Assembly (NCBI GenBank): GCA_964016885.1
Contig: OZ024741.1
Coordinates: forward strand, 33,852,001-33,916,000
Direction of reading: 5' to 3'
DNA: 64,000 nucleotides
DNA from: Eledone cirrhosa
Taxonomy: Eukaryota
Under the pieces are notes generated by a model, which was not told the DNA's origin, searched no databases, and worked only from the letters and a program-made list of their open reading frames with translations. Shown here in pieces: positions 37,798 through 50,179 of the stretch. Both the position numbers and the translations under genes were made by a program. Positions within the stretch are counted from its first letter, which is position 1; every line of letters starts with the position of its first letter.

Positions 37798-38320
37798 GGG
37801 TGGTTGGTGTAGTGGTGGTTGTTGGTGTAGTGGTGGTGGTGGTTGGTGGAGTGGTGGTGGTGGTTGGTGTAGTGGTGGTGGTGGTTGGTGGTAGGTGGAG
37901 TGGCGGTAGGTTTGGTGGAGTGGTGGTGGTGGTTGGTGTGGTGGTGGTGGTTGGTGGAGTGGTGGTGGTGGTTGGTGTGGTGGTGGTTGGTGTAGTGGTG
38001 GTGGTTGGTGTAGTGGTGGTGGTGGTGGTGGTGGTGGTTGGTGTAGTGGTGGTGGTTGGTGGAGTGGTGGTAGCTTTGGTGGTGGTGGTGGTTGGTGTAG
38101 TGGTTGGTGTAGTGGTGGTGGTGGTTGGTGGAGTGGTGGTTGGTTGGTGGAGTGGTGGTTGGTTGGTGGAGTGGTGGTGGTTGGTGTAGTGGTGGTGATG
38201 GTTGGTGGAGTGGTGGTGGTGGTTGGTGTAGTGGTCGTTGTGGTTGGTGTAGTGGTGGTGGTTGGTGTAGTGGTGGTAGTGGTGGTTGGTGTAGTGGTGG
38301 TGGTGGTAGGTGGGGTGATG
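37798..38320. repeat. (GGT)n-based minisatellite
   Basis: Direct. Confidence 0.85.
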
Positions 38321-38359
38321 GGGAGATTTACCTCTTGTCCCTCTCCTGTAATCAATAAT

Positions 38360-38534
38360 TGTTTCTACTTTAGGCACAAGGCCAGCAATTACCCAGTGCC
38401 TCACTGGTACTTTATTTTATCGACCCCGTAAGGATGAAAGGCAAAGTCAACCTCGGCGGGATTTGAACTCAGATCGTAAAGGGACGTAACTATGCTAGAA
38501 AGCATGGCGTCCGACCCTTTACCGATACTACCAA
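38360..38534 (-). mobile_element. SINE family 2 with 18-bp TSD
   Basis: TSD TCTCCTGTAATCAATAAT at 38342-38359 and 38535-38552. Confidence 0.9.
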
Positions 38535-39213
38535 TCTCCTGTAATCAATAATACAGGTGAATCACTCTCTTGCCTCAACATTGGGCTATGTACTACTACT
38601 ACTACTACTACTGTACACTGCCACCACTACCACATTACACCACCAACACCACATTATATCCCCCCTGTTACACTGCCCACATACCCCCACCCCACTTCCT
38701 ATATTTGAGAGGTTGAGGTGGGAGGTGTGTAGCCATACATTCTCTCTTTCCACCTTTGTTATAACATCACCACCACTACTACCACCACTACCACCCCCAC
38801 TACTGTCACCACTACTACCACCCCCACGACTGTCACCACTACTACCACCACTATTACTACCACCACTACCACCACCACCACCAACACCACTAGCACCAAC
38901 AACACTACTACCACTGTTACTACTTATACCACTACCATCACTACTACCACTACTACTACCTATACCACCACTGTTACCACAACCATTGTCACAAACAACA
39001 CCATAAACTTCAACCTCAACCTGCTAAAAATAGCAACCAAATTTCCCTCATGTTACCCCCAACCCCACCCTGGTGTCTTACCCCCAACCCCCATCCCTAG
39101 CCCCATTGGATGATATACCAGAATAAAAGAGGGGAGAGTCATGGGTGGAACGTCTTTCTTTATTCCTAAGTTTACTTAATCAAGTCTGACCTGAGGTTAA
39201 ACAACACTAATTG

Positions 39214-40522
39214 CACCACAACTACCACTGTTGCCACCGTCAACACTGCCACCACTACCATCACCATCCCCATTGCCACCACTACCAGTTCCACCACCAC
39301 CACCACTACAATTACCATCACCATCGTCGCCACCACCACTACCACTGCAACCACTGCAACCACCATCACCACCACTACCACTTCCACCACTACAATCACC
39401 ATCACCATCACCACCACTACCACTGCAACCACTACCACTGCAACCACTACTACTGCAACCACTACAATCACCATCACCACCACTACCACTTCCACCACTA
39501 CAATCACCATCACCATCACCACCACTACCACTTCCACCACTACCACTGCAACCACTACAATCACCATCACCACCACTACAATTGCCATCACCATCGTCGC
39601 CACCACCACTACCACTTCCACCACTACCACTACAATCACCATCACCACCACTACCACTTCCACCACTACAATCGCCATCACCATCGTCGCCACCACCACT
39701 ACCACTTCTACCACTGCAACCACTACAATCACCATCACCACCACTACCACTTCCACCACTACAATCACCATCACCATCGTCGCGACCACCACTACCACTT
39801 CTACCACTGCAACCACTACAATCACCATCACCACCACTACCACTTCCACCACTACAATCGCCATCACCATCGTCGCCACCACCACTACCACTTCCACCAC
39901 TACCACTACAACACCATCACCACCACTACCACTTCCACCACTACAATCACCATCATCGTCGCCACCACCACTACCATATCCACCACCACCACTACAATCA
40001 CCATCACCATCGTCGCCACCACCATTACCACTTCCACCACCACCACTACAATCACCATCACCATCGTCGCCACCACCACTACCACTGCAACCACTACAAT
40101 CACCATCACCACCACTACCACTTCCACCACTACAATCGCCATCACCATCGTCGCCACCACCACTACCACTTCCACCACCACCACTACAATCACCATCGTC
40201 GCCACCACCACTACCACTTCCACCACTACAACCACTACAACACCATCACCACCACTACTACTTCCACCACTACAATCGCCATCACCATCGTCGCCATCAC
40301 CACTACCACTTCCACCACTACAATCACCATCGTCGCCACCACCACTACCACTTCCACCACTACCACTGCAACCACTACCACTTCCACCACTACAATCGCC
40401 ATCACCATCGTCGCCACTACCACTTCCACCACTACAATCACCATCACCATCACCACCACTACCACTTCCACCACCACCACTACAATCACCATCGTCACCA
40501 CCGCCATCACCGCCACAACCAC
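39214..40522. repeat. (ACC)-based minisatellite (CCACTACAATCACCATCACCATCGTCGCCACCACCACTACCACTT-like units)
   Basis: Direct. Confidence 0.9.
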
Positions 40523-40777
40523 CTCTATCCCTCCCCCTCCAATACCAGCAACTATTGGCAGCTGCTGACATGTTGGTATGGTAATTGCATGGCAAGGGAA
40601 TCTCAGGAACTGTATTACCCCCTACACCCCCCCACACATTAGACAACCAAAGGGACTTCCCAATTTCATACACAACATTTACTATACCCCCTATATTCTC
40701 TTTTCCATCTCTTCTCCTTTTTTCTTCTTTTTTTCTTCTTTTTTTCTTCTTTTTCTCTTCTTCAATTTACTTAATCA

Positions 40778-40813
<36 letters not shown>

Positions 40814-41544
40814 AACACACACAAACAAAAACACACAAACACACACATCTACCTGTTTCCTCCCCCTCTATATTTTTATCTTCCTGGTTTTCTATCAATA
40901 AACATATAAAAAACACACACTCACTAATATATAAGGGCACACACACACACTTATGTATGTAATGTGTGTGTGTGTGTGTGTGTGTTAAGATATATCAAGC
41001 ACATGCACACACTGAAGCATAAATAATATGTTACACACCTATAAAATTACATACCCACACACACATATGTACATATTCATACACACACACATACATACAT
41101 GCATGTATACACATATTTAAGTGCACATGTATACTCAAGGTTACATGATTGCACATCCATGTGCATATATTATCATCACTATTTCAGATTCATTTCCATG
41201 CTGGCATGGGTTGTGTATTTGTATTTATATAGTCTTACTGTAAATTATATAAGTACATGTGTGTATATATATATATATAATCATTATCATCATCCTTTAA
41301 TGTACATTTTCCATACTAGCATGGGTTAGACGATATATATATATATATATATAGCTTTATGTTACTGTTGGTTCACCAACTTGAGCAGTTATATATTTAT
41401 AGATCTTGAGTTAAATCAGGGGTAACAAGTGTAGATAAGGTACTCAATACATTAGTAGAATGAAAACATCAAAATTTAATATACCAATGACTTCTACAAA
41501 TGAAACAGTTCTAGTCCTCTAGAAGCCATTGCTATGATAAAATT

Positions 41545-41583
<39 letters not shown>

Positions 41584-41590
<7 letters not shown>

Positions 41591-42186
41591 TAATATGTAT
41601 GTGATGAAACACAGATACCAACACATCTGTATATATATTGCAAAAGAAAAATTTAGCCAGATTGAAGTATACTAATTATTATACTACAGTTTGTCCATAT
41701 CGATTTAAAATAATAAATCAACGAAGACGAACTGTATTGCCAAGAAGCTGTGATGTTTAGACACATTTAAATTTCAAAATCAAACCTGTTCCGTAGATAA
41801 GTTTAAACTTTAAGATCCAAATATGTTTCGAGTTAAATAAGTGTAGGAATATCATGTCCTGCTCTCCTCAGTAAACATCCAGGGACAAATTGATATGCTT
41901 CACTTCTAAATAATTTAAAAGACTGCGTGACGCACATGGTTTTACAGTATCTAACTAGTCTCATAACCGTACTGCTAGAAATAACAGTCGTATATATGAG
42001 GCGGCTTGCAGCTCAAACTAGGAGCAGTTAAAATTAATAAGGTAATGAATTCTTTTACAATGGAATCAGCTCGAAGGAGGAAAATACCCCCTGAGCAGTG
42101 TATAAATTAATATGTATGTGATGAAACACAGATACCAACACATCTGTATATATATTGCAAAAGAAAAATTTAGCCAGATTGAAGTA
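41584..42186 (-). mobile_element. 517-bp unit with 85-bp terminal direct repeat and a hammerhead-like motif (retrozyme/PLE-like partial tandem)
   Basis: 41584-41668 is repeated at 42101-42185. Minus strand reads CTGAGGA-GAG...CTC-GAAA-CATA-TT (41871 to 41820). Confidence 0.6.
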
Positions 42187-42295
42187 CTTTGGGAGGGTCA
42201 TACTGCCAATAAAAACACATGCACCTGTTGGTTTTCACTTCAATTTATTATAAATTTCCAGTTGATTGGTTAGTTGGATAGCCGGATGGTTGTTT

Positions 42296-42630
42296 ATCAT
42301 CATCATCATCATTTAACATCTATCTTCCACACTAGCATGGGTTTAGACGGGAAAAATGAGGGTTAGACGGGTTGTCCTGTTGTGGGCAGTGTCTAGTTGG
42401 TTGACCTTGTCTTGCTCATACGGGAATTGATTCTGGCTTGATTTCTACAGCTGGATGCCCTTCCTAACACCAACCTCATTTACAGTGTGGGCTGGGTGCT
42501 TTTTGCCATGGCACCTCCACGACCACTTTGCAGTGAAATGATAGGGTCCCCACTCCTATCATCTCATTTCTACAGCTGAGTAAACTGGAGCAATGTGAAA
42601 TAAAGAATCTTGCTCAAGGAAACAACACAT
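42296..42630 (-). mobile_element. SINE family 1, 5'-truncated
   Basis: Reverse complement of the 290-600 body and tail. Confidence 0.85.
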
Positions 42631-42791
42631 CATATTATATATTGTCAAAGGTCTTTCGTCACACATTCTGTGACCTCCTCGGTGACTGGGTTTTTATTTT
42701 GTGTCCCTCCTTTGTTCTGTCCTACACCATCTTGTGTGTTTTGTGCTGTATGCTTGGTTTGCACATGTGTTACATCCAGTATAACAATATC

Positions 42792-42835
<44 letters not shown>

Positions 42836-43272
42836 CACACACACACTCATATACACATGTAGTACATGTGTATATGACCACATATACATATATGCGCGCA
42901 TATCTTAAACATCTTAAAAAGCTAGATAAATGCACAAATGATAGTGGTGGTGGTTGAGGAGATAATGGTGATGATAGTGATGATGATTATGATGGTTGTA
43001 GTAATAGTATGATGATGATGGTTTCTATAACATCCACCACCATCTCCACCATCATGTTATGAACATAGTGGTGGTAGTAGTGGTAATGGAAGTTTATTTG
43101 TAAACTTAATCATGTGTGTTATGATTTTGGTAAAGCTAATCATGACAATCATAATGATGTTTGTGATAGTCAGTATTATGATAGCGGTGGTGGTGGTATT
43201 GATATTAACTATTTTGATGCCGAACCGCCTGAAACTGCCCCTGGTTCTATGATAGAAAGCTATTTGTTTTAA

Positions 43273-43491
43273 CCCTTTAGCATTTACATTACTCTATATA
43301 TACTATTATATTTTCACAGTAAACACTTTATCTTACATAATTATCTCACAATATCGAATCTATGAGATTTTGATGCTACTTATTTTGAGAACAATAACTT
43401 AACATTAGTATGAGTGGCCAGTTACAGATGGTTTGAACAGAAAAAGGTGAGAGAATCCTGGCCGGATATGGCCAGTTTAAATGCTAAAGGG
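43273..43491. mobile_element. piggyBac-type MITE
   Basis: TTAA|CCCTTTAGCATTTA...TAAATGCTAAAGGG|TTAA. Copies at 49238-49457, ~61599-61793 and a partial one at ~63890-63925. Confidence 0.85.
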
Positions 43492-43933
43492 TTAAAGTGT
43501 TTATATTCATCTAAAAACCTTCCATGAATAATTTAAGAAATGTTGTTCCAAAAGCCAGCTTAATGATGAGAAAGTTAGTTACACTACTAAATTTCTCCAT
43601 ATTTTTGATTATTTTCAAAATTATAGGCTGTGTCTTTCATTAAAACTATTGTAACAGTGTTAATAGTTACCTGTGCTATGGTGGTTGTAATTGTGGTAAT
43701 GATAATGATGACATGGTGATGTGGATTATTATTCAGGTCATCCCTGAGAATACAGACTCAAAAGCATGACAACCCTATCTTTTTTTGAGTTTTCAAACTC
43801 AACCAGTCTTAGGGTGTGATATAAGGGATTATTAGCTGGATTTTCTAGTAGGTTGGCTTAATGGTAAAGATTGATATTTATGATTGATTCTTCTTTTTGG
43901 TCACATATTCCTTTGCTTATATTTGAGTATATA

Positions 43934-44034
<101 letters not shown>

Positions 44035-44035
44035 G

Positions 44036-44195
44036 TATTCTGATGATTTGATCAGGCATAGACCGTGATTAAGGTCGAGTGACGTAACTTCTAACGATCA
44101 GCAGCTTTTAGACTCACCTGATTAATGAAACAATTGTTGATAGTGTAAATAAACCCCTTTGTACAGCTGACAATGTTATTCTTCATTCTTTTACT
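44036..44195 (+). ncRNA. Hammerhead motif with extended stem II, followed by AATAAA
   Basis: TATT-CTGATGA (44040-44046)-TTTGATCAGG...CCTGATTAAT-GAAAC (44127-44131)-AATT-GTT-GATA. Confidence 0.65.
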
Positions 44196-44196
44196 A

Positions 44197-44470
44197 TATC
44201 TATCTATCTATCTAGGGCAGGTTAAATTCCCGAGATCCATGGACGAGCTCTCTTCAGTGGTCTCTGTCCTTCTTCATCGCTGCCATGTCCTGCGTCTCCA
44301 ACAGACCAGTGTCTGTCCTTAGGGCATCAACATACGTCAACCTTGGTCTTCCTCTTCCAGTGTGTCCATGCAGGGGCTCCGACAGGAGCACTGAGTGCAG
44401 TGTCAACTCTGGATGTCGGTGAGCATGTCCAGCTAACCTCAGTCTCCTCTGTGTCACTATTATTATGTGG
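44197..44470 (-). pseudogene. 3' end of a second RTE-like LINE family with a (TAGA)n tail
   Basis: RRLRLAGHAHRH...GRGRPRLTYVDAL. Tail seen as (TATC)n on the + strand. Confidence 0.75.
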
Positions 44471-44580
44471 GTCTTGTAGTTACTTGTGGCAATGTTGGTC
44501 GAAGCACTCAATGCTTTTACTGTGTCTGTCTCTCGTTAGGTTGTGCTCCAGTTTTAAGGTGGGTGTAGTTTGCAGAGTAT

Positions 44581-44790
44581 ATATAAAGTGACAGTAAGAA
44601 TTGCAGCTTTTTGTAAACTTTATTTCATATTACAATTGTTTCCATATCGATCAGCTCGGGTTTGATCAGGCGATTGGATCCTGACTCTTAATCGACACTT
44701 CTTCAAATATGAAAGTTTACATGGGTGGTCCTATCCATTGTAATATGGAATAAGTTTACAAAAAGTTGCAATTCTTATTGTTACTTTATG
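44581..44790 (-). mobile_element. Fold-back PLE-like element with extended-stem-II hammerhead motif (44623-44714)
   Basis: Outer inverted arms of ~54 bp. Minus strand reads TTTCATAT-TTGAAGA...GAAAC-AATT-GTA-ATATGAAA. Confidence 0.65.
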
Positions 44791-44819
44791 TATATATGTG
44801 TGTATATATACGTTGGTGT

Positions 44820-45303
44820 ATCATCACCATCATCATCATCATCATTTTACGTCCGCTCTTCCCTGCTTGCAAGGGTGGGACAGGTCTTATTCAGCACATC
44901 ATCTCTCCACATGTCACGGTCCTTCGTCATCTCCACCGTCAGCTTCAGCAATCTAAGGTCTGTTCTCACCACCTCCGCTCATATTTTTTGTGGTCTACCT
45001 CTACCACGTCTTCCTTCAACTGGCATTTCCTGGCACTTCTTCACCCATCGGTCATCCTCCATGCGCATCACATGTCGATACCCACCGCAGTCTCCTTTCT
45101 CGCACACTACATTCAACCCTCTCAGACACAGTTTCTCTCTCAACACATCCATGCTGGGTCGTTCACGCACATTGACATTGCACATCAGACACAGTTTCTC
45201 TCTCAACACATCCATGCTGGGTCGTTCACGCACATTGACATTGCACATCCAAAGGCGCATGCTTGTCTCATTTCTCTCCAGCCGTCGCATATCCTCCTTC
45301 ATC
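44820..45303 (-). pseudogene. RTE LINE 3' fragment with internal ~64-bp tandem duplication and (GAT)n tail
   Basis: EDMRRLERNE...WMCNV...HVMRMEDDRWVKKC...RGRGRP. Confidence 0.85.
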
Positions 45304-45439
45304 AGAAGAAAGAATGAGAAATAAGATAGATTGAAGGGACGGGCGGGCACCATTTTCCACCTATTTTCCATGCTTGCATAGGTTAGACAGGTCTTTTCCA
45401 ACACTGCATTCCCCTATTCATTGTCTTCTTTTGATCATT

Positions 45440-46612
45440 CTTCAGATGTCCATACCAGTAGAGCCTTCTTTCTTGCATACTGCATCTGATTCCTCTTAAA
45501 ACCAGCGTTTCTTTCAGTTCATCCATTCTTTGCCATTTGCACATATTACCATTACACATCTATTTCAACATGCTTACTTCATTTCTCTCAAGTCTTTACA
45601 TATCTTCTGCATTCACAGCCCATGTCTCATTATCATGCATCATCATACATTGTATGCAGGCATCATACAGCCAACCTTTTGTTTATAGAGAGAAACTTTT
45701 TGTTGTCAACAGAGGTAGTAGTTCCTTGAACTTTTTCTATCTTGTTCTTATTCTGGTTAATATGCTCTCAGAGCATCCTCTGCAACAGCTAATTAGATTA
45801 ACTAGGTAGTGGAAGCTATCAACCACTTCTTTGAGCCTTCCTGAGAATGGAAAAAGTTTATTTTACTGGTGTTCTTACTGCCAACTATCCTTGTACATCT
45901 GCCACATACAAAGTCTACCTTTTTCTGTTATTTTGCCTGCTATCCCACTACATTTGTTGTGTATCTAAGATTTATATTGTGTACATTGTATAGAGTTTCT
46001 ACCTACTCCATTTCTGCATATCGAACAGGGCCATTTCCCTGATGGGACTTATTTTTTGGGGGGGGTCTTTGCTAAATTTACCTTGAGGCCATTTTGATTT
46101 TAAGTTGTTTCCATAACCAAAATTTGTTCTCAAGCTCTACAGATTCAGCTATAAAAATCAGGTCATCGACACGGAAGTCCCCAGAGACAGCCTGTTTTAA
46201 ACTCCTCTATTATGACCTGGAGAGCTATAATAAACACGACTGTGACCTGATGAACACCTACCTGCACATGTAATTCCTCACTAAACTCCTTACCTACTTT
46301 CATTTTACTGACGACTCTTCTGTACATGGCTGACACGGCTCTTACCAACTTTCTCTTACACCCAGTTTCTTTAGGGACCACCAGATGACAGATCATGGAA
46401 CTCTGACAAAGGCCTTCTCCAGATAAGTGGAAGCTAGATATAATGGCTTACATTTAGCTAGGAACTTCTCTTGTAGTTTTCTCACTAAGAAGAGTGCATC
46501 TGTTGTGCTCCTCTCTTGCACAAAATCAAACTGCATCTCATCTAATTTGACTCTTTCCCTAATTAGTTGTGCTAGATCACTTTCTGTCACTTTCGTAACT
46601 TGGTCCATTTGC
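45440..46612 (-). pseudogene. Degenerate RTE LINE RT fragment
   Basis: DQVTKVTE...LDEMQF...STTDALF...LEKAF...VGVHQ...EFKTGC. Confidence 0.9.
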
Positions 46613-46619
46613 TTAGCAA

Positions 46620-46664
<45 letters not shown>

Positions 46665-46799
46665 AGGGTGGGGGGTAAAAGTAAAGGACCCTTAACTCCT
46701 GATGGTGTTGTAAGGGTGTTGTCTTGACACAGGCATTTGAAACCAGGTAGAGGCCACCTCTCTCCAGATCAGAACACAACCACTTTCTGAGAGAGAGAG

Positions 46800-46898
46800 A
46801 GATGAAAGGCAAAGTTGACCTTGGTGGGATTTGAACTCAGTAAGCCAGAACAAGGCATCTTTAATCTGATATCCTAACAATTCTGTCAATTTGTTGCC
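46800..46898 (-). mobile_element. SINE family 2 fragment
   Basis: GATGAAAGGCAAAGTTGACCTTGGTGGGATTTGAACTCAG. Confidence 0.7.
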
Positions 46899-46992
46899 TG
46901 TGTGTGTGCATGTATGATGATGATGTGTTTGTATTGAAGAGAGTGTTCTATATATATATGTATATATATGTTCTATATATATGTGTATATAT

Positions 46993-47374
46993 CATCATCA
47001 TTTCATCATCATTTCATTTTACGTCCGCTTTTCCCTGCATGCAAGGGTGGGACGGGAAATGATTCTGGGTTGATTTCTACAGCTGGATGCCCTTCCTAAC
47101 ACCAACCTCATTTACAGTGAGTGCTGGATGCTTTTTTTCCGTGGCGCCTAGACGTTCACTTTACAGTGTGGGCTGGGTGCTTTTTTGCCGTGGCACCTCC
47201 ACGACCACTTTGCAGTGGAATGATAGGGACCTGAGTCCCTATCATCTCATTTCTACAGCTGAGTAAACTGGAGCAATGTGAAATAAAGTGTCTTGCTCAA
47301 GGAAACAACACACCACCCGGTCTGAGAATTGAACTCACAACCTTTCGATTGCAAGGCCAATGCTCTAACCACTA
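46993..47374 (-). mobile_element. SINE family 1
   Basis: Reverse complement of 222-600. Confidence 0.9.
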
Positions 47375-47755
47375 ATATATATATATATATCATAAAACAT
47401 GTCTATAGAATCACCAGATAAAATATATACTAAATATGTCCACTTTTCTCCTAGTTTATTTTACACCTAATTCTGTTTAATTAACTGTATATCTGAGCAA
47501 CGGTGTCGAAATATTCAATAAATATACCGGTGCGAAGGGCTGGTTTCGGTTATTTGTTGGAGATTTCTTCATAGAAGCCTTATTCTTTTAGCTTGGTCTA
47601 ATCGATTTTTTATATATGGTTAATTATGCTAATTGGGAGAGGAAATGGTATATATTTTATCTGGTGATTCTATAGACATGTTTTATGATATATAGCTCTG
47701 ATTATTTAATTTATTAACTTTTCATTGAGTCACAAAGTGACCCGTTGCAAAACAC

Positions 47756-47810
<55 letters not shown>

Positions 47811-47813
<3 letters not shown>

Positions 47814-48147
47814 AGGCACATGGCTTAGTGGTTAGAGCATTGGCCTTGCAATCGAAAGGTTGTGAGTTTAATTCTCAGACCGGGTGATGTGTTGTTTCCT
47901 TGAGCAAGACACTTTATTTCACATTGCTCCAGTTTACTCAGCTGTAGAAATGAGATGATAGGACTGGGGTCCCTATCATTCCACTGCAAAGTGGTCGTGG
48001 AGGTGCCACGGCAAAAAAGCACCCAGCACTCGCTGTAAATGAGGTTGGTGTTAGGAAGGGCATCCAGCTGTAGAAATCAAGCCAGAATCAGTTCCCGTCC
48101 CACCCTTGCAAGCAGGGAAAAAGCGGACGTAAAATGAAATGATGATG
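47811..48147 (+). mobile_element. SINE family 1, full 5' end
   Basis: GGAGGCACATGGCTTAGTGG... matches 216-600 with an internal deletion. Confidence 0.9.
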
Positions 48148-48192
48148 GTATATATATGTGTGTGCGTGTGTGTATCTGCATGTTCACATATA

Positions 48193-49607
48193 CAAGGTGC
48201 ATCAGTTTTTTTAGGACATTTGCATGAATTTAGACACATAACACATCAAAGAAATGCTATATTTTAATACAAACTGGTACAAATATTATTTATAATACAT
48301 TTATGTCCCACCCTTGCAAGCAGGGAAGAGCGGACATAAAATGATGATGATGATTATGATATCTATTTAATGAATCCTCCATTAGCTTCAATGACTGCTT
48401 CAATAAGAGGTCTGAAGTGTTGACGTACCCGAATCAGATGGCCTCTATTAATACTGGACATTATGCTGGTAATGACAGACTTGAAAGATTCTATAGTGTT
48501 GTGAGGGTGGTGGGTGAGCTAGGAAGCCATGTGTCTGGAAGAATGTGGTCATGGAGATTGTCACACATCCATGCTTGTGTTGTTGTGGCCTTCAGAGCTT
48601 CACAACTGTCTCCAACACCTCTTTGTAGACAACAGTTTTGACTCATAAGCCCTGAAAAAAAAATGAGGTGGCATGACATCTCCCTCATTGCTGATGACAC
48701 CCAGAACCATCACAGTCACTGGAAATTTGGTGTGTATGAGTATTGGAACCTCATTTGAGTCTCTGCATAGCCATCTATCGTTCCTACAGTTTACCTTTTG
48801 GTCTTGATCAAAGTTTTTCTCATCAGAAAAGATCCAAAACATTCCAGTGTTTTGATGTTTTACCTTATTCACTATGTGACCAAACAATTGGTATGGATCA
48901 AACAATTTTCTTTTGTCACATCTGACATAAATTGGCCTCTCTGCATCACATATCAGATGTCTTCATGGACAGCTCTTCTGATGATGAATACTGAAACCTT
49001 CAGGTCCTCTGCAGTGGCTCTGATTGACTTTCCTGGGATTTTATTAAGTAATCTTTTAATTTCTTTTTACAAACTTAGGTGTTCTGATTGTATTATGACT
49101 GTGTGCATGTGTTTTGTGCTTGGCTGCTGATGTTGGATTCCCGTCAGGAGCTTCCAGATCCTTTCTAACTTTGCAACGAAGAATTAAGTAATTTTCATGA
49201 AGGAAGCTATCGCTGTAACATTATGCTATGCTTTTAACCCTTTAGCACTCACATTACTCTATATATACTATTATATTTTCATGGTAAAGGCTTTATCTCA
49301 CATAATTATGTCACATAATATCGAATCTATGAGATTTTGAAAGTACTTATTTTGAGAACAATACCTTAACATCAGTTTGAGCGCCCAGTTACAGCCAGTT
49401 TCAACAGAAAGAGGTAGAGAATTCTGGCCGGTTTTGGCCGGTTTGAACATTAAAGGGTTAAGGTAATGATTTCAGTGTGCCTTTTCATTTGTTGAGTCAA
49501 TCTAATGTCTGGCATTATTTATCTGAAAAATAAAAAAAATAAAAATTAGTTATAAGAAACTTAGAACTCAAGAAAAAGTTGTCCTAAAAAAAAATTGACG
49601 CACCCTG
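48193..49607 (-). mobile_element. Tc1/mariner superfamily DD37D (maT-like) transposon, decayed, with nested piggyBac MITE and SINE tail
   Basis: TIRs CA(A/G)GGTGC(A/G)TCA(G/A)TTTTTTTAGGACA at both ends, TA on the left. FSDEKNFDQDQKVN.RNDRWL...HTKFP.TVMVLGV.SNEGDVMPPHFF and WLPSSP motifs. Confidence 0.9.
49238..49457. mobile_element. piggyBac-type MITE nested in the maT element
   Basis: TTAA TSD and CCCTTTA/TAAAGGG termini. Matches 43273-43491. Confidence 0.85.
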
Positions 49608-50179
49608 TTCATAGAATGGTCAAACGTTAACTGAATGTGAGCAGAGTATAACATATTTCCAAAGAAAACATTGGTAATGACCCCCCCACCCCCCACCCCC
49701 TCCAACACACACATACACATTTCTCATTACAATCAGTGTGTGATTGCTTTTCATGCTGGCATGGGTCGGGCAGGTTTTTATTGTCTACGTTGGGTTTTAT
49801 TCAGAGTTATTGCCTTCCTTGAAGTCTCACTCATACATTCCAGTTTTGGGCATAATTTTTACACCAACCATCTAACAGAGTACTGACTACATTTTATTGT
49901 GGCATCACCACAAGAGATGTTGTCATGTCTTTGGACTAAAGGGCTTTCTCTACCTTATGGTGTCTTCATTAGCAGTCACCTTACAGAGTGTATAGGGAAT
50001 ATTTTATCATTCTGTCAATGTTTTTTCTTGCATGGCAAAAAGAGTCCTCTCTATTCTAAATGATCTTTGTATTAAAGTGGTAAGCTACTCTTAGGAGAGC
50101 TGGACAGTAGAAGGTCTTCAGAGAAGAAACTCTCAGGAGAGCTGGACCACAGAAGGTCTTGAGAGAAGAAACTCTCAGG

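Noticed and set aside
39172-40673. Pro/His/Thr-rich extensin- or mucin-like ORFs
   Set aside because: Trinucleotide-based minisatellite open in several frames, with no unique coding sequence.
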